DNA of 63,165 bases, filler included, from Octopus bimaculoides (GCF_001194135.2; 6 parts of 6 records of this genome joined end to end with filler, not necessarily neighbours in it), one strand, 5' to 3'; counted from the first letter of the whole stretch, positions 1-14,697 are shown. A program made the numbers and translations. Notes: generated by a model not told the origin, from the letters alone.

Positions 1-46
<46 letters not shown>

Positions 47-814
47 CATCATCATCATCTGTTTCCCATCCTGGCATGTGTTGGATGGCTTGAGAGCTCC
101 ACTTTTTTGGCATAGTTTTTATGGCTGGATGCCCTTCCTAACACCACCCATGTTGCAGATTGAACTGGGCAAACTCGAGAGTGCTGAACAGCATACATAT
201 ATACGCTCTCTCTCTGTCACACACACACACATATATTCACGCATACACATATATATTTACACACTATATATATATTCACACACGTATAGAGTATTATCAA
301 GTAATGGCCAGTTTCATCAGTAGGTGATGAAAGACTAGTTGCATGGTTCCAGACTTCGTGATCTCACGCCAACAGGACTCTCTCTCTCCCAGTGCGAAGG
401 TAGGAAACTTGCAGGATTAGAAAGCTAGAACTGTCGAAGGCAGACGAGCTATTTGAGAGCCAACAGTCGTATCAGAAGGAGGAGATGGGCACCGCTAGGA
501 TTATCAAACTTAGTAAAACGTTAGAATAGAAGTTTCATATTTAATTCTCTAAGAGATCAGTCGGGACCCGGAAGGTCCAGGCGCAAGAGAGTTGGAAAAC
601 ATTGGTGATAATAATTCAAGTGCACAAATGACAGAAACATATATATATATATATATATATATAGTCTGGAACCATGCAACTATATATATATACCTGAATA
701 TATATGAATGTACGTGTGTGTGTATATATGCAAACATTATCATATGCATTTTACGCACGTACGAACACATATATTTAATAAACATCTATATATGTTATCA
801 ATCTACCTATCTGA

Positions 815-853
<39 letters not shown>

Positions 854-1470
854 TACATACATATGTGTGTGTGTGTGTGTATAGAGATATACATACAGCT
901 GTGTGAATGTGTATATTATGTACATGTATAATGTTTACACACACACATTCATACATAAAGCTTCGTACCGTCTCTTGATCTCTCTTCTATTTCCTTTTAT
1001 ACAACATATTCAGCTGCTCCTTTACTTCATTCTTTCCACTCATCTCTCATTCTGTCACTCAGCTCGAATCCTTCACTCACTCACATACACTCTCTCTCTC
1101 TCTCTCTTATATCTCACATTGTATTTATTAACATCTCCTACCCATATTCCCTTTTCTTTTACTCTCATTCAATTACACTCACTAACTCTTATATTTTCCC
1201 TCTTTCTGATTACAACTATTACATTCTGTCTCTCCTTCTCCGTCTACATCTAAGTATCTGTCTTCCTCTTCTCTACCACTCACTTTATCACTCGCACTCA
1301 ATCTTTCTTCAATATTCGTCCATTTTTTCTCTCTCACTCTCATACTCTTTCTTAAGTATCACTCTTTTCTACAGTATACCGTTTTTCTTAAATAACACGT
1401 TTTACTATGCACACATCTAGATGTAAATAGGCATATACATACGTATATTTACTCAAACATTGAAAGCTGC

Positions 1471-1513
<43 letters not shown>

Positions 1514-1970
1514 TACTTGACAACACTATCTCTTTTTATTAAGTACTCTTTCTACATTATTATGTCTTTCCATCCATATCTATTAGCTATTGCTCTTTCT
1601 ATTCGACCCATCTAAATCTCCCTCTAAATTAAGTATTACGCTTTCTACACTGACGTCTATTCTCTGTATGAAGTATAATTATTTCTATAAGATCGCTCTG
1701 GCTTCTCTCTCTCTCTCTCTGTATATATATATATATATATATATATCATCTTTCTCTTGCCCCCTCTCTATGAAACATTACGTTTGCTACACGATCTCTC
1801 CCGCTCCTCTCTATAAAAACGTCCCTATTTCCATATTATCTCTCCTCTCTATTAAGCGCTTAACTCTTCTAACACAATACTCTCGTTCTCTCCATATTAT
1901 ATATATATATATATGTAAATACACACACACACATGCATATGTACATACACATATGTATATATATATATAC

Positions 1971-2020
<50 letters not shown>

Positions 2021-2619
2021 GTATGTATGTATTCTGTTATCGCTCCTCCACAGTCTATATACGAAACTATTACTCTTTCTATCGACATTATAAACCTCTC
2101 TGTAATAAAATAAACCGTCTTTCTTCCAGATCATCTCTTCGTTATATTAAATAAATATTAAATAAATACCCCTTCCTCTCTCTCTTTCTTACTACACTAG
2201 TTTCCTCTCCGACTATCTTTCATTCCCCCTCTATGTATATCTATACTATCTCTTATTTCTCTCTCTCTTTATATATCTATGCCTCTCTCAATTTTCCTCT
2301 CCCACTTATATTTCTTATTCTTTCTTCTACCTTCTCCCATTGTGTATCTATACTCTTACCCCGTATGTCTCTCGCTCATTCTCTCTCACTCCAGTTAGTT
2401 TCCAGCACGTTGAGTTCTCCCACTAGTTTAGTTGGCGTGTAACGAAAGAAAGAGACCCCATTTAAACAAGCCTCGAAAGACACTATCTCTCGCAAAAAAT
2501 GCATCACAAATGAAAGCAAAGAGAAAGCAAGAGAAGAAAGGAAGCTAAAGAGACCAAAAACGGAACAAACAAATAGAATAAGTATTGAAGTGTATGTAAA
2601 GACGGGGGAGAAATTTTCA

Positions 2620-2760
2620 GGTGCTGCCCGCGGAAGAACATATGTTGAGCTTAATTGCGTTGTGCGGCCATCTTGCCACCACTCTCCGCCATTTGATCAG
2701 TCGCTCGCTCGCTCGGCCAGGATCTGCTATTAGATGAGATTTTGCCCGGTTTCTTTACCT
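2620..2760 (+). promoter_or_regulatory. Probable core promoter of the AUTS2-like gene with two YY1-like motifs
   Basis: Local GC/CpG-rich island about 0.9 kb upstream of the ATG. GCGGCCATCTTG (2664-2675) and CCGCCATTT (2686-2694) match the YY1 consensus. Confidence 0.45.
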
Positions 2761-2900
2761 ACATTTTTATCCACGGATAACCTTACCGGGATTTTACTTT
2801 CTAAAGGAGTACTTTTTATTGAAATCGGCCCGAGGGAATTCATTCTAAATGTCGGGATTTCGGTGTTGCATTCATCGGTTTGAGTGAGTAGTAGAAGAGC

Positions 2901-2931
<31 letters not shown>

Positions 2932-3615
2932 TGGGTGAGTGAGTACGAAAGAAAGAAAGAAAGGGTGTGAGTGAGTGAGTGAAAGTGAGTGAGTAAGAGG
3001 GAGTGAGTGAGAGTGTGAAAGAGAGAGAGATAGACAAACAGCAAAAAAAAAAATATATATATAAGATTGTGTGAGTGTGAGTGAAAGTGCAAAACGAAAG
3101 AAAAAAGAAAAGCATAAAGGAAAAAAAAAAAAGAAATTGTTCTGTAATTCTCAGCCACTCTTTTATTTCTCGAATTCCTTACACCACCATCTTCGGATTA
3201 TTATTATTACCAATACTACTACTACCACCAAGCACCATTATTATTACTACTACTTCTACTACTATTATTATTAATATCATCATCGTCTCCGTTGTTGTTG
3301 TGTTGTTCGGTCGGGTTATTCCGGCCGCCTCCGCCACTCACTCATACTCCACACACATTCTATCCGCTGTCTCCTGCCGAAGTATATATATATATACATA
3401 TATATACATATATATATATATACATACACACACATACATACATCCATATAATATATATTATATATATATATAAATACATACACAGAAGTAAGTTATCATT
3501 TTTATTGTTTTTTTTTCTTTAAATCATCATTATTATTATTATTATTATTACCACCATCATCATCATCATCGTCGTCGTCATCATCATTGTAAATCCCAAA
3601 GAAAGTTGAATTTCA

Positions 3616-3910
3616 ATGGAATCGAAGGAGTCGAAGGCCCAGCAACGCACGCAAAGAAACAGGCGCCGTATGGTGAGAGGTCAGCAGCAACTGCAGGAGA
3701 AACAACACCAGGCGNNNNNNNNNNNNNNNNNNNNNNNNNNNNNNNNNNNNNNNNNNNNNNNNNNNNNNNNNNNNNNNNNNNNNNNNNNNNNNNNNNNNNN
3801 NNNNNNNNNNNNNNNNNNNNNNNNNNNNNGGATAGCCACCACAACAACAACAACAACAACAACAACAACAGTAATAACAACAACAACAACAACAATAATA
3901 ATAATGCTAA

Positions 3911-3942
<32 letters not shown>

Positions 3943-4106
3943 CCACTACTAATAATAATAATAATAATAGTAATAATAATAATAAGTCTAAACCGAAACC
4001 ACCTCCGCCGTCCCAGCGCCGGAGGCGAACCAGTTCCAATTCATTTGACGAGGATATTATTGATGGATTTGCCATCATCAGCTTCAAAACACTTCAGGAT
4101 ATGGAG
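3616..4106 (+). CDS. AUTS2: AUTS2/FBRSL1/tay-family protein, first coding exon (interrupted by a 115-N gap)
   Basis: ATG at 3616, with an in-frame TGA at 3607, gives MESKESKAQQRTQRNRRR, resembling the FBRSL1/AUTS2 N-terminal basic RxQRxR motif. After the gap another frame reads poly-N then RRRRTSSNSFDEDIIDGFAIISFKTLQDME, matching the family motif EEDIIDGFAxxSF. The exon ends at GAG|GTAAGG (4106/4107). Family assigned from remembered motifs. Confidence 0.8.
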
Positions 4107-4368
4107 GTAAGGGTGCTTTTCTATATTTTCTTTTCATGTGTTTGTATGGGTTTTAGTTTGTATAATATGGTTTCTGTTATGTTCTCTCTCGTGTTGGTTT
4201 TGTTTTGGGAAGTTGAGCTATTTTTACTCCCATCGAGGGACACACGTGTGTGTGTGTGTATGTATAATGTGTTTGTATGTGTGTGTGTGTGTGTGTAAAG
4301 ACTTTTGAATCTGTCTGATGCCATCATTTGTAATCAACTACTATATCTGTTTATTTGTATGTACCTAC

Positions 4369-4438
<70 letters not shown>

Positions 4439-6251
4439 ACATATGTATGTATACATGTACATATGCTTGTAACTATGTATATATGCATTTGTATACATGC
4501 GTATATATAGATACATATGCACATACACGTATATATATATATATATATACATGTATGTGTGAATATTGTATCGATATTTATATAACTCTCTCACCCCCTC
4601 TAACTATCTATACATGTATATATATATATATATATAATACACTTACATACACCGATCTGAATTCATATTTTTGTGGATGTCTGCCTGTCTAGCTGTACAT
4701 TTGCTTATCCGAGTGTTTACCTACCTATCTAGCTACTTAACTACTTAGGTAGACTATATGAATACCTAGCTAGCTAGCCAAGTTGTCCTTTCATTTCATA
4801 TGCCAGTCAATAGCTATGTAGCTAAACTACCATCCAGTTAGTTACCTAGCCTGCAATGAACCAATTTATCTGAGTATATGGCTAACCAAGTATTCCATCT
4901 ACCTTATATTAATATAGCTAACTAGCCTTGTAAGTTGCTGACTAGTAAGTTAACTACCATTATATAAAAGAGTTTTGAATAATACCAATCTATCGGTGTA
5001 TCTAGCTAACTAGTTAGTTAGCTATGCCGCGATTTATATCTAGGTATCTAGCAGGCCTGATGTCTAACTATTTAGCATGCTGTCTATCTAATTAGCTAGT
5101 CAATTATTCATTCATCTCAATTATCTATCGATAGCTATCTGCCAATATTCTGGGGTATCAAACCAAAGCAGATCATCTCATCAAGCTCCTAGCCTGCTAA
5201 CTAGCTACCTACCTAGCTAACTAGCTACCTAACCTACAATCTACCAATTAATCTGGGTATCGAGCTAGCAGAGTTTTATCCTCTACCTAACAACAGACAA
5301 CTAGCCTGATAGCTAGCTTGCAAGACTACTATATGCCAATCTGACAGGGTACCAACTTGGCTAGATATCCATCCATCTCGCTTATGTGTGAATACATGTC
5401 AATTTTGTAGCTTTACATCTTACTTTCTATCTCTGTCTGCCTCTCTCTGTCTATATAAACACATGTATTTAGATGTGTATATATGCGTGTGTTTCTTTAA
5501 TGTATAGCTAACGTACTAACTACAGAATCGTTTATATCTAGGTCTGTGAGACAGTATGGCGATGTATATATATGTGTGTATACACACTAATACAATCATA
5601 CAGTCAGTTCTGTATACACACAATGCGATAGTAACACTGGCAAATAACACACAGAGGTATATGTCTGAATATGTGTACGTACACATCACCTATAAGATGT
5701 GTGTATATACACAAACACTCATATATATTGGTATGGATGTGTGTGTGTGTGTGTGTGCAATGGACGTGAATGTATCCTGTATATAGTGAATATATTTGTG
5801 ATATGCATGTATTATAAGGTTGCTATTATTACAAAACTCGGTTCCTCTCTCTTTCATACATACACACGCGCGTATAAAGTGTATAAACATACTTAGATCT
5901 GTAATATATATGTATATACACACACACACATACAGAGAGAGAGGGAGGATAGTATATACGAACTTCTTTTCTTACGCACATTGTATTCTCTATATATGCA
6001 TATGAATTGATACGTGTGTATATATATATATATATATATATCGCACACATCGATACATGTATACTTATAGATGTATGTTTATTTACATATGTATTCATGT
6101 GCGTATATAGATGTGTATGTATTTATACACACATCTATAAGTACAAATAACTATAGATGGATATATGTCTATATATAGATCTCTCTCTCTCTCTCTCTCA
6201 TATATGTATGTATCTGTATATATTCCTATCTGAGTATGTGTGAGTATCTTA

Positions 6252-6297
<46 letters not shown>

Positions 6298-6986
6298 NNN
6301 NNNNNNNNNNNNNNNNNNNNNNNNNNNNNNNNNNNNNNNNNNNNNNNNNNNNNNNNNNNNNNNNNNNNNNNNNNNNNNNNNNNNNNNNNNNNNNNNNNNN
6401 NNNNNNNNNNNNNNNNNNNNNNNNNNNNNNNNNNNNNNNNNNNNNNNNNNNNNNNNNNNNNNNNNNNNNNNNNNNNNNNNNNNNNNNNNNNNNNNNNNNN
6501 NNNNNNNNNNNNNNNNNNNNNNNNNNNNNNNNNNNNNNNNNNNNNNNNNNNNNNNNNNNNNNNNNNNNNNNNNNNNNNNNNNNNNNNNNNNNNNNNNNNN
6601 NNNNNNNNNNNNNNNNNNNNNNNNNNNNNNNNNNNNNNNNNNNNNNNNNNNNNNNNNNNNNNNNNNNNNNNNNNNNNNNNNNNNNNNNNNNNNNNNNNNN
6701 NNNNNNNNNNNNNNNNNNNNNNNNNNNNNNNNNNNNNNNNNNNNNNNNNNNNNNNNNNNNNNNNNNNNNNNNNNNNNNNNNNNNNNNNNNNNNNNNNNNN
6801 NNNNNNNNNNNNNNNNNNNNNNNNNNNNNNNNNNNNNNNNNNNNNNNNNNNNNNNNNNNNNNNNNNNNNNNNNNNNNNNNNNNNNNNNNNNNNNNNNNNN
6901 NNNNNNNNNNNNNNNNNNNNNNNNNNNNNNNNNNNNNNNNNNNNNNNNNNNNNNNNNNNNNNNNNNNNNNNNNNNNNNNNNNNNNN

Positions 6987-7054
<68 letters not shown>

Positions 7055-7316
7055 ACACACACGTTGATATTGTGTAGGTGTAAATATGTGTATATCTGTT
7101 TAATATTTACTGGCCTTGTGGGGTTAAACATTTCGCTTCCCGACTCCATGGCTATCGGATGAGTTAAGTTCAACCGTGCAGCACCTCAGATAAGACGACC
7201 TCAGCCAATTAAAGCCATATTAGTAGTTTTGGTAAAGGGACACTGGAAAAACCTTGTTACATATATGTATCTATTCACACTCACACATAAATGCCTATAA
7301 ATATATATACACACCA

Positions 7317-7852
7317 GTCATTAGACTGCGGTCATGTTGGAGCACTACCTTGAAGGGTTTAGGTCGAATAATTCGAACCCTGCCAGTCTCTTTTTGATGA
7401 ACCACTAGGTTTAGGGAACGTAAACAAACCGACACCGGTTGTCAAGTGTTGATGGTGGGGACAAATAGAAACACAAAACACACACACATAGATGTGCATA
7501 CATAGCTATATATGATGAGCTTCCTTCAATTTCCATCTACTAAATCCATTCGTAAGCTTTTGTTAGACCTGGAAGGCTGTAGTAGAAGACATTGGCCTAA
7601 AGCACCGCACAGTGGGACTGAACCTGAGACTGCATAGTTGGAGGACACAAGGTGAAAGTTTGTTTACATTTACATTTCTGAAAATCACTGAGCTACATAT
7701 GGCGACATTTTTGTCATTTCCTTTGTAAATGACTTTGCTTCGTCAGAGAAATCAGAGAGTCCTTACCTGAGAGAGAGGTAAAAGTGTTGGGATTGGCATC
7801 CGGCTATATAAGAACATTGCAATGATATATCCATGTAACTTATACTAGCATG

Positions 7853-7914
<62 letters not shown>

Positions 7915-8039
7915 GCAGCTGTAGAATCTCTGCCAAATTGGATTGGAGCCTGGTGTACCCACCTGGTTCACCAGTCTTCAGTCAGATCATCCAACCCATG
8001 CTAGCATGGAAAGCGGACGTTAAACGATGATGATGATGA

Positions 8040-8078
<39 letters not shown>

Positions 8079-8234
8079 CACACATAATGCAGGAGTGGCT
8101 ATGTGGTTAAGAAGTTCATATTGCAATCACTTGGTTTTGGGTTAAGTCTCGCAGCTTGGGCAAGCGTCTTTGACTTAAGATTCAGATTGATCAAAACCTT
8201 GAGTGGATTTGGTAGACAAACTAAAAGAACCCTA

Positions 8235-8282
<48 letters not shown>

Positions 8283-9453
8283 GCACAAGTATACAGCATC
8301 TCAAGACAAAATCCAGTGTTGTGGCTTTCTTAAGTATATCCACATTAAGTATGACTGACAGATTGCTGTTCTAAACTGCTACTGCTTCTGTTGCTAATAA
8401 TGAATATATATATGTGTGTCTCCTTGTCTTGACTGCATAGTGTCCTTCATTTCCAATCTTCCATGAAAGCATGTCTGGCCATGGGGAAATGAAGTAGCTT
8501 CTTGGAAAAGGTAAGGGTTGTTGACAGGAAGAACATCTGCCTGTGGAAAATGTACCTCAATGAATTCTGTTTAACCCATGCAAGCATGGCTATGTGGATG
8601 TTAAAATGTTTCTGATGAGATATGTACATATATTCATATCTACCTATCTATATGTGTGTCTAGGTATAGCTGTGTTGTTAAGATCATTGTGCAGCCACCC
8701 GGTTTGGGGTTCAATCCCACTTTATGGCACTTTGGACAAGTGCCTTTCACTATAACCTCTAGCTGACCAAAACCTTATGAGTAGATTTGGTAGATTGAGA
8801 TTGGAAGAAGCCTATTGTGTGTGTGTGTATATATTTTGTATGTTTTATTTGTTTCAGTAATTAGACTGTGGCTGTGCTGGTACTTATTCTTTTGGTTTCT
8901 TTTGCAGAATTACTAAGTTACAGGGATAGGAATACACCACCTTTGGTTGTCAAGCAGTGGTGGGGGACAAACAAAAACACAGTTTTAGTTCCCTTCCACC
9001 AAATTCATTCACTTGGTCAACCTGAGGGTATAGTAGAAGACACTTGCCCTAGGTGTCACACAATGGGACTGAACCCAGAACCATGTAGTTGGGCAGCAAA
9101 CCTCTTACCCTACAGCCATGCCTGTGCCTATATATATGTGTGTGTGTGTGTGTGTTTATATATATAAATCTGTTTGCATCTCCTCCTCTTTACATCCTGG
9201 GCTAATTGTAAACAAGTGGGACCGTCATATCGGTACTGTTGTTTGTTGCAGTTGTGCTGTTTGTGATTGAAGAACTCAGAGAAATATTACCTTGCTGAGG
9301 AACAATTGAGTGTTGGTGAAAGGAAGAGCATCCACCCATAGAATATGTTACATTGAGTTGTTTAGCATGTATTGCAATCATGGAAGAATGTCAGTTAAAA
9401 TGATGATAATAATTGAATGTATATATGTGTGTATGTCTCTGTGTGTATGTGTA

Positions 9454-9496
<43 letters not shown>

Positions 9497-9917
9497 AAAA
9501 AGTTCTAATACTTACATTACCACATAGCAGGATGTAATAGAAAACCACACAGTTGGGAGGTGAACTTAGACACAGCCATATCTATATCAATTTGAGATGT
9601 GCGTGTGTATATGTGTATCTACGCATTCATGTACATATGTTATCATTTTAAAACCCACTTTTCCATGTTTGTATGAATGGGATGGAGTTTAAATGCAGCA
9701 GATTTTCCTGTAGACGAATGTCCTTCATGTCACCAACCCTCACCCATTTCCAAGCAAGGTAATATTTTTCCGTGGCCAGACATGTTTTCACAGAATACTG
9801 GAAATAAACGACACTTCTTGCATAATAGTGAAACTAAACTCACTCACACCTGTCATGCGATGTCAAGACAAGAACACACAAATCTCCACTCACACATACA
9901 CAATACACATTTATGCT

Positions 9918-9957
<40 letters not shown>

Positions 9958-11565
9958 CTTATTTCTTCCATCTTCTTACTTGTTTCAGTTGTCAGACTGG
10001 GGTCATGCTGGATCACTGCCATGCGTTTTATTTGAACTTATCAATCCCAATACTTTTATTCTGTCATTCTTTTTTGCTGAACTGCTAAGTTATGGGGATG
10101 TAAATAGACCAACACCAGGTGTTAAGCGGTGGTGGAATACAAGCTCATACACAAGGACACATACAAATAGATATACATATGTATTATACAATGGTCTTCT
10201 TTCAATTTCCATCCACCAAATCCACCCACAAGGCTTTGGACAACCCAAAACTATAGCAGAAGATGCTTGCCAAGGTGCTACCAGTGGGACTGAACCATGA
10301 ACCATGTGGTTGGGAAGCAAACCTCTTACCACACAGCCATGCCTGCACCTACACACTTATATATGAATGGATGCAGGTGTGGCTGTGTGGTCAAAAAGCT
10401 TGTTTCCCAGTGGTATGGTCTTGGGGTTCAGTTCCACTGCACAGTACCTTGGGCAAGTATCTTTTGCAATAACCCCAGGCCAACCGAAGCCTTGTAAATA
10501 AATGGGCTTGGTAGATGGAATTGAAAGAAGCACATTGTGTATATGTGTGTGTGTGTGTGTGTATATCATGGCCATACAAGTGATGTTTGTTTACAGTCTT
10601 CTGTGAAAAATATATCTAACAATGGGGAAATATTACCTTGTTGGGAAACAGGTGTAAGTTGGCAACGGGAAAGGCACCAGACCATAGAAAATCTGTCTAA
10701 CAATTTCCGTCTGACCCATGCAAGCAAAAGTGGATATTAATGATGATTACACATGCACACACGCACATATGTATATCATCATCATCATCATCACTTAACA
10801 TCTATCTTCATGCTGATACAGGTTAGGCTGTTTGACAGAATCCAACTAGCCAGAGGACTACATGAAGCTCCAGTGTCTGCTTTGGTATAGTTTCACTGAC
10901 TGGATGCCCTTCCTAATGCCAAATACTTCACAGGTTATGCTGGGTCCTTTTTTTTTTATGTGACACTGCCACTGCTGGGTTTGCAATGTAACTTGTAAGA
11001 CAAAAGAAAGAAAAGCCTTCTCAACTGAGCATGGTTGTTTTAGAAGCATGGTGGCTTTATGTCAGATGTTGAGAGACTAAGATATGCTTGAAGGACAAGC
11101 ACAAATGTCTTGTTATAGAAATAATATGTAGCTTACCTTGTATCATAGGAATGAGCATTTCTTTTGGCTTTACATTTCTGAGTTCAAACACTTCCTTTCA
11201 TCCTTTCAGGGGATAAAATTGACTAAGCCCCCTTCCCAAATATTTCAGGCCTTCTACCTATAGCAGAAAGAATTATATGGGAGTGTGTGGGAGTAGCTGG
11301 AAAGAGGATAAACCGAGATAATATTTCCTTATGGCTAAGCAGGGAAATATTTCCTTATGAACTGACATTCGTTTACAACCATCTTAGGACACATTCATAC
11401 GTGTACATGACAAGATTTTTTCGTTTTATATTTATGAAATCCAAGATGCTGCAAAATGGAACTGAACCAGAAACCACTTGGTTGGGAGCAAAGCGAGTAA
11501 GGTTCTTAAGCACACTGCCATGCTTGCATCTACTGATACATACACATGCAGGTTATATATATATA

Positions 11566-11609
<44 letters not shown>

Positions 11610-13094
11610 GTATATGTGATATATATGTATTTGTATTTCTACATTCGTATAGATATGTATATATACACATATACCTATCTTTGAATCTAAACATATACAA
11701 TGTGGTCTGGTCATCATTCTGTGATTATATATGTGTGTATATGCATATATATATATATATACATTTTGAAATATGCTCCGCTGGCCACTAGTTGATTTCA
11801 GTTAGCTCTTTTGCATTTCATTTATGCAAATTAGGTAGGTCATAAATGTGCTGTCCTCATTTTTGTACAAGTCTTAGGTGTCTCATCAACTGAAGGAGGA
11901 GACCTGCTGTACAGATGAAAATGCCCACAGTTGTCCTCTTGTCTCCAGACAATTAGGCTTTCTTTTTCCCTTATGGCATATCAGTTTTAATTCCTGAGAT
12001 TATATCTCTTTATTTGGTGTAGGTTCCAGTTGCCACCAAGAGACTACTATGTTTTCTCTGGAAGCATAAATCATCATCATCATCATCATTATCTAATGTC
12101 TGTTTTCTATGCTGGCATGGGTTGGATGGTTTGACCAGGGCTGGCAAGCAGGAGAGCTGCACCAGGTTCCAGTCTGATTTGGTTTGGTTTCTACAGCTGG
12201 ATGACCTTCCTCATGTCAACCACTTTACAGAGTATGCTGTGTACTTTCTATGTGGCATGGGTACTTTTACATGGCATCAGTCAGCATGGGTGATATTACG
12301 TAGCATTGGCGCAGGAGGTTTTTACATGGCTCAGAGATTTATCTTGTATGTGCCACTGGTCATTTGGGGTTATTTAGACTAACTTATTTTTCTGCCAGCC
12401 ATTTATAGATATATGTATGCATATATTTCGATTTTGGATTTGGTTTGCAAGATTTTTTATGTGATTTCGTGTGTTGAAGCATATTCTGTTGTGTCTGGGG
12501 AGAGTTATTTTCTTATTGTGCCTTAAAATTTAACACACTCACCGGTAAAATTTCCACTTATTTCTTATTTTTATTTTCCTAAAATTTTACCGGTGAGTGT
12601 GTTAAATTTTAAGGCACAATAAGAAAATGACTCTCCCCAGACACAACAACAGTGTATGCATATATTTGTCCAAAAAATGAGGTAATATGGGTATGGAGAG
12701 GAGTGCTCGATATGATTGGCAAATACCAAAAGCCACAAGTTCCTCTGAACCAACAAAGCCCAGGCAAGTAGTGGATCCTTGTAGTTGTGTGGTATTCAAT
12801 ATTTTGGAAGAGATAATTCAGAAAAACTTGTAAGGCAATGGGAAGATGTTATAGCAAAAGAAGAGCTTGAATCTAGGGAACAATGGAAGTTTATTGCGAC
12901 AAGCTATTTATAAGAAAATCTGTTATATGGTTGAAAAAAGATGTTTATGTGACACCTTGGGCAAGTGTCTCCTATGATAGCTTTGAACTTCTGGTTCAGT
13001 ACCACTGGTAGCACCTTGGCAAGCGTCTTCTACTATAGCCTCAAGTTGTCCAAAGCCTTGTGAGTGGATTTGGTACATGGAAACTGAAAGAAGC

Positions 13095-13137
<43 letters not shown>

Positions 13138-13253
13138 ATATGTATGTATATATATATATATAAAGGGTAAGAATAAACAGTGTCAAAAGGAAGAAGGAGT
13201 ACAATTCAAGAGCTGTTTAATGATCACTACACATGTTTTGATACAACATAGAT

Positions 13254-13299
<46 letters not shown>

Positions 13300-13413
13300 A
13301 TATGTATGTATATATATATATAAAGGGTAAGAATAAACAGTGTCAAAAGGAAGAAGGAGTACAATTCAAGAGCTGTTTAATGATCACTACACATGTTTTG
13401 ATACAACATAGAT

Positions 13414-13453
<40 letters not shown>

Positions 13454-14659
13454 GATTTAAGAAACTGCGTTTTGTTTTTGTCTCCTACCACTGCTTGACA
13501 ACCAGTGTTGGTGTGTTTATGTCCCCATAATCCTGCAGTTCAGCAAAGAAACTGATGAATTAAGTACCAGGCTTAGATATAAAAAAATGTACTGGGGTTG
13601 ATTTATTTGACTAAAAAAAATAAAAAATAAAAGATGGATATATATATATGGGGGCATAAACACACCAACACTGGTTGTCAAGCAGTGGTAGGAGACAAAC
13701 ACATAGGTGCAGGAGTGGCTGTGTGGAAAGTAGCTTGCCTACTGACCACATATGGTTCTGGGTTCAGTCCCACTGCATGGCACCTTGGATAAGTGTCTTC
13801 TACTTTAACTTCGGTCCTACCAAAGCCTTGTGAGTGGGTTTGGCAGACGGAAACTGAAAGAAGCCCGTCGTGTGTGTCTGTGTTTGTCCCCCCCCCCNNN
13901 NNNNNNNNNNNNNNNNNNNNNNNNNNNNNNNNNNNNNNNNNNNNNNNNNNNNNNNNNNNNNNNNNNNNNNNNNNNNNNNNNNNNNNNNNNNNNNNNNNNN
14001 NNNNNNNNNNNNNNNNGGGGGGGGGGGGTCGATTTTTTTCGACCAAAGGCGGTGGGTGCTCCAGCATGGCCACTCAAATGACTGAAACAAGTAAAAGAAT
14101 AGAAGAGTAAAAATATGTGTGTATATTTATGGATATATCTCCTTGAATATTCGTATGTCTCTCAGAATGTTAAGCACTCCCTATTCATCATGCTATCATA
14201 CTCTCGTGTGCATGTAACACTTTTTTCTTCATAAAGGACTGAGCCGGGAAGTGAAAGTTTGAGTTTCTTTTTCAGTCATTTACAAGGACGTTACTGCTTC
14301 TCTAGTGCTGGTGCCACGAAAGAAGCACCCAGTACAGACTGTAAGGTGGTCAGTGTTAGGAAGAGCATTCAGCTGTAGGGACCAAGCCTAAATATATTGT
14401 GATGAAGGTGAGGTTGTCCTGACACTTGGGTGGATATGTCTATCAAACTCACACCAGCATGGATATAAAGGATGTGAAAAAATAATGATGTGTGTGTGCA
14501 TCTGTATAGATTATATTATATAGAAATATATGTGTAGTGTATACATATTATATATATATAGGTACATACATATTTGTATATGTATACATGTTTAAATAGA
14601 ATGTGAGTAGGTGTAATGATATATTTGTATGCATACATGCATGGAAGTATTTTTTGTGC

Positions 14660-14697
<38 letters not shown>

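Noticed and set aside
3606-4298. ORF-track protein 3606-4298 as the full gene product
   Set aside because: It starts at TTG, its pre-gap frame lacks family similarity, and it reads through the GTAAGG donor at 4107 into intron.
6095-7173. Long ORFs of 200-350 aa here and at about 14.5-15.7, 16.5-17.1, 43.5-44.3, 47.9-48.5, 59.1-59.8 and 61.8-62.5 kb
   Set aside because: They consist of N runs plus (TA)n/(CA)n translations ([12 protein letters not shown]); not genes.
7700-7760. CUGACGA...GAAA on the minus strand
   Set aside because: No pairing is possible for stem II.
13100-13450. Perfect tandem duplication of about 160 nt (taaagggtaagaataaacag...gatcc)
   Set aside because: The copies are identical and bounded by (TA)n tracts, most simply an assembly duplication; long reads are needed.
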